Shown in pieces: positions 1 through 9,625 of a DNA stretch of 64,000 nt. Under the pieces are notes generated by a model. The model made no database searches. It was given only the letters and a program-made list of their open reading frames with translations, and was not told where the DNA came from. The stretch is from a virus. Position 1 is the first letter of the stretch; the number at the start of each line of letters is the position of its first letter. Position numbers and translations under genes: made by a program. The stretch lies in IMG/VR virus record IMGVR_UViG_3300029432_000352; one strand, given 5' to 3'.

Positions 1-1
1 A

Positions 2-190
2 CGCCCAAACGGAGAAAAACACGGCTATTTCTGCCAAAATAGCTACAAAACCTTTGGTACGACTATTATAAACATTTTATATGTTAAAACTGTCGTAGTC
101 AAAGCTCCGGGCAAAGAAGTTTATCGTAATAATAACGAACCATTGTTCGTGTACAAAAACGGTAATATTTCATTTGTTGAAACAAAATAA
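2..190 (+). CDS. 3' end of a plus-strand gene entering from upstream (C-terminal ~62 aa, ...GYFCQNSYKTFG...NISFVETK); product unknown
   Basis: Frame 2 open from window edge to TAA 188-190; followed by hairpin+T-tract; GC somewhat higher than rest of window. Confidence 0.35.
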   Translation, partial: RPNGEKHGYFCQNSYKTFGTTIINILYVKTVVVKAPGKEVYRNNNEPLFVYKNGNISFVETK

Positions 191-195
191 GAAAA

Positions 196-230
196 AGGTC
201 GGTACATTATGTGTACTGACCTTTTTGAAT
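196..230 (+). terminator. rho-independent terminator (ggtcggtaca...tgtactgacc + TTTTTG)
   Basis: 10-bp stem with one G.T pair followed by T-run directly after stop at 190. Confidence 0.5.
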
Positions 231-244
231 GTGTTCATATAATT

Positions 245-796
245 TTACTCTAAGATAGTATTAATAGTATTTTTGATTTCATTAACTGAATTAAATGCAG
301 GTAATTCAGGAAGAATTGATAACTGATCAATAATTATATCACGAACGGTATTATACTCAACTTCACCATCAGTAGAAGTATTATGCGTTGTAATAAAATT
401 TTTGATAATAGGGTCAATAACATTTTTATGCTTTATAAGAAGCTGTAATATAGTTGTTCTTTTAGTTTGCGATTCAATTTCTTGCTTGATAAGTACATTT
501 TCTATTGTGAATAAAGCATAATTGAAGAATGTTTGATGCTTTTCTAAGATTGAAATAGCATTATCATAGGCTTGGGGAATAGTAGTGAGTCTAATAGCGT
601 TTAACCATTGCTGAGCACAATAGTTAATATATTCTGACAACTGTTCATCAGAAATTTGAATGTTTTGTTTAATAAAAATTTGTTTTGCTTTTTCGGTTAA
701 TAAATTCATATCAATATCATTTAATATGTTGTGAATTGTAATCAATCTGATTTGTTGTGTAGATTTGTTATTTAGTATTTCTTTATAAGTTTTCAT
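245..796 (-). CDS. hypothetical protein (183 aa from ATG 796; ORF-track start at 865 lacks RBS)
   Basis: ATG at 796 preceded by GGAGG (801-810 on plus strand); no recognizable motif. Confidence 0.5.
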   Translation of the reverse strand: MKTYKEILNNKSTQQIRLITIHNILNDIDMNLLTEKAKQIFIKQNIQISDEQLSEYINYCAQQWLNAIRLTTIPQAYDNAISILEKHQTFFNYALFTIENVLIKQEIESQTKRTTILQLLIKHKNVIDPIIKNFITTHNTSTDGEVEYNTVRDIIIDQLSILPELPAFNSVNEIKNTINTILE

Positions 797-1035
797 AATT
801 AAAACCTCCGTTAAAATGTATTTGAATACAAAAAAACATAGAATCAGAATTTTTGAATTCCTCAACTATGTTTATTTGTTAAATACTATTTTATTTTATT
901 TATATAATACCATAATTCTACGGATTTGTCAATGCTTTATTGAATTAATGATGTCAGGAACAAGCTGAATGCTGTTATATATACACATACAACAGCAGAA
1001 CATAACGAAATACGGGGAGATATAATCTTAAATCT

Positions 1036-1571
1036 ATGGTACAAACATTACATAAAAATAAAAAGTCAGATAATAAAATCTCAATCAATTAATCAAATTA
1101 ATTTAGCGTTTAAGAATTATATCAGTCCTGTTTTAGGAAACATCTTGATGTGTCAAATAAATACAAATGATATTATCATGCTGATTAATTCGTTAGATAT
1201 GAAAAATGTCTCTGAATCGTATAAAACGATTATATTAAGACATGCAAAGGCAATGTTTAACTTTGCTACAAACGAAGGAGTTAAATGAGTATGTATATAT
1301 AAACAGACGCGGAACTCCGTTTGAAACTCAACATATTGATAGTAAATTCAAATATTTAAAACAATGTGTACAGAATGAATATCCTGAAGATGATTTGACA
1401 GATGTAACTCCTCATTGCTTACGGCATACGTTTGCAACACAAGGTTTAAAATCCGGTGTTTCTATAAAAGAGATACATATAAAAAATCGCATAGGTAAGC
1501 CGTTTTTTAGGGCTGATTTTAGAAATATCAATCCAAGTATAATAAAGCGTCATTTATCTTACTTAGATTGA
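1036..1571 (+). pseudogene. tyrosine recombinase/integrase remnant (core-binding fragment + box II HCLRHTFAT, internal deletion, multiple frameshifts/stops)
   Basis: Translations in three frames give integrase-like core-binding and catalytic-domain box II (HxLRHTFAT) fragments; the box-I (Arg) segment between them is absent (internal deletion), catalytic Tyr motif degenerate. Confidence 0.55.
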
Positions 1572-1655
1572 TATTTTGAATTTTACCCCCTACAAACGAC
1601 TTACCTATGCGGTTTCTGACATTGTGCATTTTGACGAATGTGTTAATTTGACCAC

Positions 1656-1679
1656 TTATTGACCACTTATGGTTTTATT
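1656..1679. repeat. tandem direct repeat ttgaccacttat x2 next to integrase remnant
   Basis: seen directly; possible att/arm-site remnant. Confidence 0.4.
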
Positions 1680-1862
1680 GTTGATATTGCACATATGCTT
1701 TTTTAATATATTGCCATTTATGTTTCTTAAATTATTTTACTGTCAATGAGTTAAGTCCCTTCACTGTTACGGTATAAGTTCCGTCATCGGCTATTGATAT
1801 TGACATTCTGTCTGAATTCTTATATAGCTCCGCATCAAATTTAATATCAACAACATCATCAC

Positions 1863-2759
1863 CTACCACTCGTATTTTTTTTTGTTTGTCTTTTTCGTAG
1901 AGTAGCTTGAAATAGATAGAGTATCTTCCCCATCACCGACTATTCCCTTTTTTACTGCATTATCAATGATAACTTGTCTATCCGAAGGTGCTTGAATTGT
2001 ATTTTCGATTACTTCATTAAGTGTGTATTTCGTATTCTTTTTATTGATATTGTCAATCATAAAATCTTTATATTTGACCGCCGATTCTATTTGTTGTATA
2101 GGTTCGTCCGAATAGATTTTATTAAGTGCTTTTGTGATATAACTACTAACCTCTTTATCCGAAGCAGTTTCACAGATACATTCCAAAACAATATCTGACA
2201 TAATATATGCAGTTTCACCGTCTATTTGATATTTCTTGTCCTTGTAGAATACTTCTTCTTTTTCAAGATCAATAAACGCACATTCTGTTACTACTTTTGT
2301 CTTAGGTGGAAGAATTGAATTAATATCAGCAATTTCAACGGTTACTTCTTCACCGCTATTTATAACCTTATGCAGATATTCAACTTTATTTTCACACTTT
2401 AAGATTGCTATATACTTAACTTCGTCTTTAATAAATTCTGCAACGATGACATCAGATGGAATTCTATCTTTACTCTTTTCTGTAGCCGATAACGATTCGT
2501 ACATTCTTTCGGATATTGTTCTTGAAATTTCTCCGAATTCACTTTCATTATTTTTGTATTGTCGTATTAAACTCAGTACGGTACTGTTAGATGCAAAGTT
2601 ACCGAATTTTAATTGAGATATATTGAATGCCTTCTCAATTAATGAATTCACATACTGATAAGTTGTTCCGGAGGTTATGTCAAGCTCATTGCGAGATTGA
2701 ATTGTTATTCCTTGTTCAGGGTTAAGAATATGTATGATTGCTTTAGTTATATTTACCAT
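1863..2759 (-). CDS. hypothetical protein, 298 aa as written; reading frame continues to 1732 if T9 tract 1875-1883 had one extra base
   Basis: Long ORF; +1 frame after A9 run encodes 44 further protein-like residues (VGDDVVDIKFDAELYKNSDRMSISIADDGTYTVTVKGLNSLTVK). Confidence 0.5.
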   Translation of the reverse strand: MVNITKAIIHILNPEQGITIQSRNELDITSGTTYQYVNSLIEKAFNISQLKFGNFASNSTVLSLIRQYKNNESEFGEISRTISERMYESLSATEKSKDRIPSDVIVAEFIKDEVKYIAILKCENKVEYLHKVINSGEEVTVEIADINSILPPKTKVVTECAFIDLEKEEVFYKDKKYQIDGETAYIMSDIVLECICETASDKEVSSYITKALNKIYSDEPIQQIESAVKYKDFMIDNINKKNTKYTLNEVIENTIQAPSDRQVIIDNAVKKGIVGDGEDTLSISSYSTKKTNKKKYEW

Positions 2760-2847
2760 TTTAATCTTCCTTTCGCTTTTTCAAAATTAGAACTACTATT
2801 TTACAATGTAAATCTGTTAAAAAAAGGTCTAAAAAAATACCCTTATT

Positions 2848-3267
2848 TTAAAAGAGTTGACCTACGAGATTATTCGTTTTTTTCTTTTTTGCTATCGGCT
2901 TTTTACTATGACATTTACATATTGGAATCTTGTTAATGTCTTTATTAGCTAAATTCAAACTACTTATTATTATTTTACGACCGCATTTTAAGCATTTGCA
3001 CTCCCACGATAAATGCGTTTCATTATTGATTTTCCCTACTTTTCTTATTACAAGATAACCGTCAATAATTCTTCCTTTAAAGTCTGTATTTCTTACACAG
3101 GATGAACATTTTGTCGTTGCTCCGGTGAGAAGTCTGTTTTGCCGAACGGAAAAGCTCTTTCCACAGCTACATTTCACTTTATACATATGAGACTTATTTA
3201 TTATGCCCATATCTTTTATGACTGTTAATTCTCCGAATTTATCGCCTTTATGTATTTTTGATTCCAT
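2848..3267 (-). CDS. Cys-rich zinc-ribbon-like small protein (139 aa, multiple CxxC pairs)
   Basis: CSCGK...CSSC...CKCLKCGRK...CKCH spacing typical of zinc ribbons. Confidence 0.45.
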   Translation of the reverse strand: MESKIHKGDKFGELTVIKDMGIINKSHMYKVKCSCGKSFSVRQNRLLTGATTKCSSCVRNTDFKGRIIDGYLVIRKVGKINNETHLSWECKCLKCGRKIIISSLNLANKDINKIPICKCHSKKPIAKKKKTNNLVGQLF

Positions 3268-3278
3268 AGTAATGCCTC

Positions 3279-3890
3279 CTACATTTGTGATATGCTGTAC
3301 AAGATACCGTTATTATATTCTCTATAACCTATTTTAAGCAAAATTTCTTTGGCTTTATCAGAATAAAACTTCGTTTTGTCTTGATTAAGCAAATTCTCAA
3401 TATGGTTATATTCTTTTTCTGTAAAATTCACATCAAGGTCTACTGCTGCAATTTTTCCGATTATTATCGTATCAATTTCGCTATTAGTGTATTCTGTCAG
3501 TATTCTTGGTAATACCTGTAATACTCTCTCTAATATACGTTTGCCTTTTTTGATATGTATTGAAGTGATTACACCAACTCCTATTTCTTCACCTTTACGG
3601 CTTCGCATTAAATCTGTTGCAAATCTTAGGCTTGAATATATTTCATCACCGGTAAAATCTTCTGCTATTTCATTGATAAATGTTTCTGTTCCGTGTACTG
3701 CCATCAACGTAATTTTACCAACTAACTGATTATTTTTTAAAATCGCAATCGTTGGGACTTCAAATCTTGACGGCTTTTTATCATATGTGAGTTTCACAGG
3801 TTTTAAACTGAATTCGTTTTTATCTGTTTCAATTTTATACAAACCCATTTTGTTACAATTATTTGTTATTAGTATCTCGTATGTACTCAT
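3279..3890 (-). CDS. hypothetical protein (203 aa)
   Basis: ORF with upstream promoter; no motif recognized. Confidence 0.5.
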   Translation of the reverse strand: MSTYEILITNNCNKMGLYKIETDKNEFSLKPVKLTYDKKPSRFEVPTIAILKNNQLVGKITLMAVHGTETFINEIAEDFTGDEIYSSLRFATDLMRSRKGEEIGVGVITSIHIKKGKRILERVLQVLPRILTEYTNSEIDTIIIGKIAAVDLDVNFTEKEYNHIENLLNQDKTKFYSDKAKEILLKIGYREYNNGILYSISQM

Positions 3891-3943
3891 TTGTTTTCCT
3901 CCTTATTAAACTTAGCTACTTTTAACATAAATAAAACTATATC

Positions 3944-3980
3944 CCTATTATACCACATTTTTAATTAAAAATCAAGTTTA
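3944..3980 (-). promoter_or_regulatory. sigma-A-type promoter, extended -10 TGTGGTATAAT with TTGATT -35 (minus strand)
   Basis: plus-strand attataccaca at 3944-3954; 17-nt spacer to cttgat; 50 nt upstream of start 3890. Confidence 0.4.
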
Positions 3981-4101
3981 AATTGTAATTCATATGCTTA
4001 AATAATTATTTATTAATTATTTTTTTATGTTATCTTATTCATTCACTTTTAATAATGTAATGTGAAATTATTATTTTAATTATTATTTTAATTATTTTTT
4101 A

Positions 4102-5283
4102 TTAAATAATTAAATATTTTATTTTTTTGGGCATTATTCTCTCATAAAATTCTTTTTGCCACGCTTCGCAAATGACATAACATTCTTCATCTGTTTTACT
4201 GTTAAGTCTTTCTATCAGTGTTTCTACTTCTGCAAGGTTCATTGTAATTCCGATATAGGCTTTTTTATTCTGATACTCTGCTTGAAACAGCTTCGCACCA
4301 TATTCTTTTATACTCGGATACTTCTCTTTTATTATGTTATAATAATAATCGTTTACCTTTTCCTCATATTTTACTATATTGTTTAGGATTGCAATGCTTT
4401 CGTATCGAATCGGCAAGCAATACATATTTTGAAACAGTTGTGATATTCTGCAACGGTATCGCTGATTATCAGGGTCTGTATAGATTTGTACCCACTCTTT
4501 TGCATTTTTTGAAAAGACTATTGCTGAATTTAATTGGTCAAACATCTCTGTTGTTAAGTTTTTATTCTTGATATACAAAAACAGTGATTGTCTTGCTCGT
4601 TTTATCGTTCGTTTGGTTATATATAACCCTCGCTTATTTGTATGATATACAAGATAAGATTTTGAACGGCTTGTTAATATACCGCTTTGTGTTTGAAAAC
4701 TATATTGTATTTTATCTTCTTCTGTATATCTTGATTCTGTGTGTATTTGACTTGTTGGATAATACGTTCCTTGTTCCGGCGATAATAATTCTTTTTCATA
4801 TTGTTCAAATTTATAGCCGTTCGATTGCTTATATTGGTCTTTAATGTTACTCATTAATTCTTCAAATGAACAGTCTTTGGACTGATTATCTTGTTTTACA
4901 TCAATATTTGCCTTGTTAAACATCATATATAAAGAATTTTCTTTGAGTACCCGATAGACTATAAACTGGTTTTTAATTGCCATTGTTTCAAATTTCGGTA
5001 TCGGATTCGGTATATAGCTTAATATCTTCTTTTCTTCTGAATAATAATTCTTTAAATATGTCAGTCCTTGTTCTGTTATTGAGTAAAATGGTATTATGTA
5101 ATTACGATAATTACGTTTTAATTTTCTTTGACGTTTAACTATCAAACCGTCTTTAATCAATTCTGCAACTGCATTTTTTACAACTTGTGTTTTTTCATAA
5201 ACAAGTATTAAATTTGACATATCGGCTATTCCATTCCTTAAAAAGCAGTATAAAATTTGACATTTCAGCTCTCTTTTTCTCAT
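4102..5283 (-). CDS. winged-helix protein, possible replication/relaxation-like function (393 aa from ATG 5283)
   Basis: GAGGTGA RBS 8 nt before ATG 5283; N-terminal wHTH-like segment (GIADMSNLILVYEKTQVVKNAVAELIKDGLIV); family assignment tentative. Confidence 0.4.
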   Translation of the reverse strand: MRKRELKCQILYCFLRNGIADMSNLILVYEKTQVVKNAVAELIKDGLIVKRQRKLKRNYRNYIIPFYSITEQGLTYLKNYYSEEKKILSYIPNPIPKFETMAIKNQFIVYRVLKENSLYMMFNKANIDVKQDNQSKDCSFEELMSNIKDQYKQSNGYKFEQYEKELLSPEQGTYYPTSQIHTESRYTEEDKIQYSFQTQSGILTSRSKSYLVYHTNKRGLYITKRTIKRARQSLFLYIKNKNLTTEMFDQLNSAIVFSKNAKEWVQIYTDPDNQRYRCRISQLFQNMYCLPIRYESIAILNNIVKYEEKVNDYYYNIIKEKYPSIKEYGAKLFQAEYQNKKAYIGITMNLAEVETLIERLNSKTDEECYVICEAWQKEFYERIMPKKIKYLII

Positions 5284-5440
5284 AATAAAAATCACCTCGT
5301 TTTCTCTACCCTTTTTTGTGATATTTATATTCTCTAATCAATTGCAATAAAAATTTAATGCTTTAATATCCCTCAAACCATCTGAATACCTCAACATTTT
5401 TGCTTATATAACCGTTATTTTTTTCTTAATGATTTTTTTG

Positions 5441-5454
5441 CGGTTTTAAAACCG
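5441..5454. promoter_or_regulatory. perfect 14-bp palindrome CGGTTTTAAAACCG upstream of 4102..5283
   Basis: seen directly; no flanking U-tract so operator-like rather than terminator. Confidence 0.3.
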
Positions 5455-5476
5455 ATAATTGCTTATTAAAAATTGG

Positions 5477-6289
5477 TTATATTTTTGTAAAAACTTGATA
5501 GCTTTTTATTATATCTATTGACGACCTATCCAAAGTTTGTTCCGGCAGACATGGTTCGGCAATTATATAACTGCCCTCGTACAATTCATCTGTTATAAAA
5601 CTTTCAATTAGAATTTTACAACGAATTCCGTTATCAGTGCCGGCAGTATAATCTGATATATTATCAATGACATTTCTGAGATTATATTTATCATTGTCAG
5701 GTATTGAATGTATTCTTGTTGCAGATGAAAAAATGTTTACTACTCGAATAATCTTTTCTTTCATTTGAGGTATTTCTTTACTTAGCATAAGATTATCAAG
5801 TAAATTTACCATTAGATCATTTTCAATCCTGTCATTAAAGATTACTTTCTTCTTAGGTAAATACGGTAAATGAACGATTACCGTATTACCGTCAGTATCA
5901 GCTATCAGTGCCGGATATGAATTATAGTTAAGTTCAGTCTTTAATTTATGAAAATCTGAAACGGTCATAAATTCTGAAAATAACTGATTTATGTAGTTGT
6001 GTACAACTATAATTCTGTTCATTAAATCCGTATACATATTATTATTGTCTTTAATAAACGAATCAGGAAGTTCACGATCTATGTACGTTAACATATCATA
6101 TTCATAAGAGATTACTTTACTTAAAGTTTCACACATATGTTTAACAATTTCATTGAAATTCTCGTATATTCTTTGAAATTCATAATCAGCATTGTGAATA
6201 CTATCCTCATTATAATGTTCAAGGCATGATTTAAACATAGATACTTTTTCAATCATATTATTAATGCTGTTTATCTGATCATTTAACAT
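5477..6289 (-). CDS. hypothetical protein (271 aa, start moved to ATG 6289 adjacent to upstream stop)
   Basis: ORF-track start 6382 overlaps upstream gene by 89 nt; ATG 6289 has GGAAGTG RBS. Confidence 0.45.
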   Translation of the reverse strand: MLNDQINSINNMIEKVSMFKSCLEHYNEDSIHNADYEFQRIYENFNEIVKHMCETLSKVISYEYDMLTYIDRELPDSFIKDNNNMYTDLMNRIIVVHNYINQLFSEFMTVSDFHKLKTELNYNSYPALIADTDGNTVIVHLPYLPKKKVIFNDRIENDLMVNLLDNLMLSKEIPQMKEKIIRVVNIFSSATRIHSIPDNDKYNLRNVIDNISDYTAGTDNGIRCKILIESFITDELYEGSYIIAEPCLPEQTLDRSSIDIIKSYQVFTKI

Positions 6290-6293
6290 ATTT

Positions 6294-6848
6294 TCACTTC
6301 CAATCATAATAATGAGGTTTATGTTCTTTATCCAAAATACAATAAGTATCAAACTCAAGATTTTGAATGTCATTTGCCACATCTTTGTCTGCCACCAACG
6401 CTATATGTATAATCGAATCTTCGGCATCTTCCGACAACATAGCCTTTCGTCTTATCGGAACAATCATAGATAACGAATCAACTGTATATGCCGAGAATGT
6501 TGTTATATCATATACTTCGTCATCTTCTGTGATTATAAGAAATTGGCAAGGGTAATCAGAAGCCCAAAATTCACGGATTTTCGATACACCCATAGAAGCA
6601 ATAATCCAAGCTGCATTAGTGCGTTGCTTTTGCTGAAAATCAGATAAATCTATATTACCACGTCTTGTTATCAAGTCAGTTTCACTGTCTTTTGATATTA
6701 AGCATTCAGCAATTAACTGTTTCACCGACCACTTAATTGTATCTTTATCATATACGTTGCCGTACATTAACTGTATTTGTTCATAGCTTACTGCTCCGAT
6801 TTTGTTAATGAAGTTGTACATTGATTCTTTTAAAATATATCCATTCAT
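6294..6848 (-). CDS. hypothetical protein (185 aa from ATG 6848; ORF-track N-terminus is translated repeat DNA)
   Basis: AAAGGAA RBS before ATG 6848; upstream part of listed ORF is low-complexity Y/I/L from AT-rich repeats. Confidence 0.45.
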   Translation of the reverse strand: MNGYILKESMYNFINKIGAVSYEQIQLMYGNVYDKDTIKWSVKQLIAECLISKDSETDLITRRGNIDLSDFQQKQRTNAAWIIASMGVSKIREFWASDYPCQFLIITEDDEVYDITTFSAYTVDSLSMIVPIRRKAMLSEDAEDSIIHIALVADKDVANDIQNLEFDTYCILDKEHKPHYYDWK

Positions 6849-6854
6849 AATGAA

Positions 6855-7100
6855 ATTCCTTTCTTTTTCGATATTAAGAGTAAGTATAATATAAGTATAC
6901 AATACGTAGTATGTACGTAATATATAAGTATTATATAAGTACATACTACTTATTATGTAAGTATTGAATACGCTTAATATTATGATTTTGTATTGATATA
7001 ATCTCAAATTATATACTTCTTTGATTCATATTAATATTTTCTTTACGTATTATGTAAGTATATTATACTTATAATCTACTTATAATCTACTTATACATTA
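6855..7100. repeat. AT-rich iteron-like repeat region (ATAAGTA-type units; 14-bp tattatgtaagtat x2; cttataatcta x2.5)
   Basis: repeats at 6951-6964/7047-7060 and 7068-7089 seen directly; lies between VirB4 stop and next gene. Confidence 0.5.
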
Positions 7101-9625
7101 CTCATAATGTTTGGTTTTAATTGTTTTTTTCTTTGTAGAGCCTTTCGCTTTTCTTCGACTTGCTTAGCCAAATCCTCACGATCTGTTGTTACTAAATCAT
7201 GTTCGTGTTTTGATGATTTAAACTTAATCAAGATATGGTTACTGTTCGCAGTAAGTAAAGATTCGCCTTTTTGAAAGTGTGTTATCTGCTGAACTTCAGA
7301 TTCTGATAAATTCAGTGTTTCAGATACTCTCAAAGCCTCTTCTTGTTCGAGCTGAAGAACCATTTTGATTTTTGAGTTATTGATAATACCTTTTCCGTAT
7401 GCACCGTCTTTAAGAGCAAAAAAGTCATTCAAATCTTGTGTTGAAGCTATGGCACTACCACCATAAGCACGAATAACTTTGAAAATTCTAAGTACGAATT
7501 TTGCCGCTTCTTCTGATGCGTTTGCACCTATCAAAGTCCATAGTTCGTCCAAGAAAATCGCTTTTTCCTTTGTTCTATCTTCTCTTACTTTGTCCCAAAC
7601 ATAATCAACAACAATGAACATACCGATAGGCAACATTTCTTCTGTTAAATCAGATATATCAAAAACAATATATTGATTATCCAAATTGACATTTGTATGA
7701 CCGTTAAATGATGATGCTGAACCGGTTACATATCGTGATAAGATGTTATATAGTCGTTCGGCTCTCGGTCCGAGATTATGAAGATGTCTATGTAAATCAC
7801 CAAGTATAGGCATCTGTTTATACTTAGATGGATTTTGAGGATCAATTAATGAATCATTGTCGATTGTAATACCAAATTCAGCATATGTTTCAACCAATGC
7901 TTCATCTAAAAGCTGTCTTTCCTCATTTGTTATATCACGAATAAGCAAAGTAAAGAAAGTATGTAACTGCTGTATTTTATTTGTTAGAATTGCAACTTTA
8001 GAATCACCATCTATAAGCAAAGATGCTTCATCATCTTTTTTTCGTATTTCCATTACGTTGATATTTTGAGAACTGCCGGCAGAAATCTTTACATATTGTC
8101 CTCCTATACCGTCACAAGCACGTTTAAATTCATGACCTTTATCCGGTGCAATAATAAATACTTGTTTTTTCTGACTTCTCATTCTTAATGCCATACACTG
8201 CAGTGTATATGTTTTACCTGCACCGGTAGTACCTAAAATAGCTATATTAGCATTTTTGTACTTTCTCGAATCAAAGTTATTCAATATAACGAGAGAATTA
8301 TTAGCCTTGTTAATTCCGTATAAAATGCCGTTTTCATCATTAACTTCATATGCAACAAAAGGATATGCAGCAGCTAAAGATGAACTAAGCAGATTTCTTT
8401 TTGAGTTTTTAAATATTTGTGAATTAAATTGGCATACAGGTAAAGACATTTTGAATGCTTCTTCTTGCATAAACCAACATAATTTCAGCTTTAATCCTTG
8501 TCCTATTAAATAAGTCTTAATTTCATTTGTTTTCCATTCCAATTCATCAATCGAATGTGCTGTTATAGTCAAAAGAGTTGACATATAGCAAAAATCTTCA
8601 CCGGAAGCTATTCCTGCTTTTAGGTAATAACCGGAACGTATAGCACTTGAAATATCATCAAAATCTGTTGAAGTATCTTCCATACCTCTTGCTTTGACTT
8701 TGTTGTATCTCAGTGCATATTGCAATTTTTGTGTTACTATTGCAATATTTTCTTTATGCACGAAGAAATCTACATCAATACCTTCTCCGAGATTAATCAA
8801 CATTGATAGCCAACCGGCTACTGCTGATTCGCCATATGATTTACTCGGTATATATCCGAATGAATAGTAAACATCATCAATTTTTATATACTTAGGTGAT
8901 GTTTTGGTATCTATTGACAGAGGTGCTATATAATCATTTATCGGTACATATGCTTCTTTATCAGGATCATAATTCTCATCTGCAAGATATTTTGAAATTA
9001 CTTCATTCATTCGTGTTTCAAATGGTTTCTTCTCACTTTCGGATTTTGCCATAATTGTATAAAGAACTTCACATATGTCTTCATCATTTTCAAGCGGCAT
9101 AACTTCGTTACCGCATCTAAATAACATATTTTGAATACGTAAAGCGGTAGTATCCAAATCAGCTTTTATTTCATAAAATGAAGGTGTCTTTTTCAAACCA
9201 ACTGATTCTGAATATTCAAATATAATAAAAAATCTTCTTGAAACACCTTCTTTAGAACTTACCGATTTAATTAAATCAATCTGCTCTTTTTGAAGTGTTC
9301 TGCAATTCTTATTTTGTTCTGTTTCAATATCCTTTTCGATACCTTTAATAAGTCGAGTGACGTCTGTTTTTCGTGATATAACCTTAAATTGAATAGTGAC
9401 AGGCATTATTCTAAGAGTTGCATCAAAATTAGCTATAATATCACGTTTTTCATCTTCAGAACGAAGTAAAAAATTTATAGGTGATATTTCAAGAATTTTT
9501 ATAAAACGTCTGTCTTTAGTAATGATTATTCCTTCGGATACGTCTTGAATTGGTGAAAAACTTTGAGTGCTTTGAATAGTCATCATCGTTTTTTTAGCTT
9601 TTTCTTTTTTTGATTGGTTTAACAT
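7091..9625 (-). CDS. VirB4/TrsE-family conjugative type IV secretion ATPase (844 aa)
   Basis: Walker A ILGTTGAGKTYTL, Walker B FLDELW, size and position after small membrane protein typical of Firmicute T4SS. Confidence 0.7.
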   Translation of the reverse strand: MLNQSKKEKAKKTMMTIQSTQSFSPIQDVSEGIIITKDRRFIKILEISPINFLLRSEDEKRDIIANFDATLRIMPVTIQFKVISRKTDVTRLIKGIEKDIETEQNKNCRTLQKEQIDLIKSVSSKEGVSRRFFIIFEYSESVGLKKTPSFYEIKADLDTTALRIQNMLFRCGNEVMPLENDEDICEVLYTIMAKSESEKKPFETRMNEVISKYLADENYDPDKEAYVPINDYIAPLSIDTKTSPKYIKIDDVYYSFGYIPSKSYGESAVAGWLSMLINLGEGIDVDFFVHKENIAIVTQKLQYALRYNKVKARGMEDTSTDFDDISSAIRSGYYLKAGIASGEDFCYMSTLLTITAHSIDELEWKTNEIKTYLIGQGLKLKLCWFMQEEAFKMSLPVCQFNSQIFKNSKRNLLSSSLAAAYPFVAYEVNDENGILYGINKANNSLVILNNFDSRKYKNANIAILGTTGAGKTYTLQCMALRMRSQKKQVFIIAPDKGHEFKRACDGIGGQYVKISAGSSQNINVMEIRKKDDEASLLIDGDSKVAILTNKIQQLHTFFTLLIRDITNEERQLLDEALVETYAEFGITIDNDSLIDPQNPSKYKQMPILGDLHRHLHNLGPRAERLYNILSRYVTGSASSFNGHTNVNLDNQYIVFDISDLTEEMLPIGMFIVVDYVWDKVREDRTKEKAIFLDELWTLIGANASEEAAKFVLRIFKVIRAYGGSAIASTQDLNDFFALKDGAYGKGIINNSKIKMVLQLEQEEALRVSETLNLSESEVQQITHFQKGESLLTANSNHILIKFKSSKHEHDLVTTDREDLAKQVEEKRKALQRKKQLKPNIMSNV

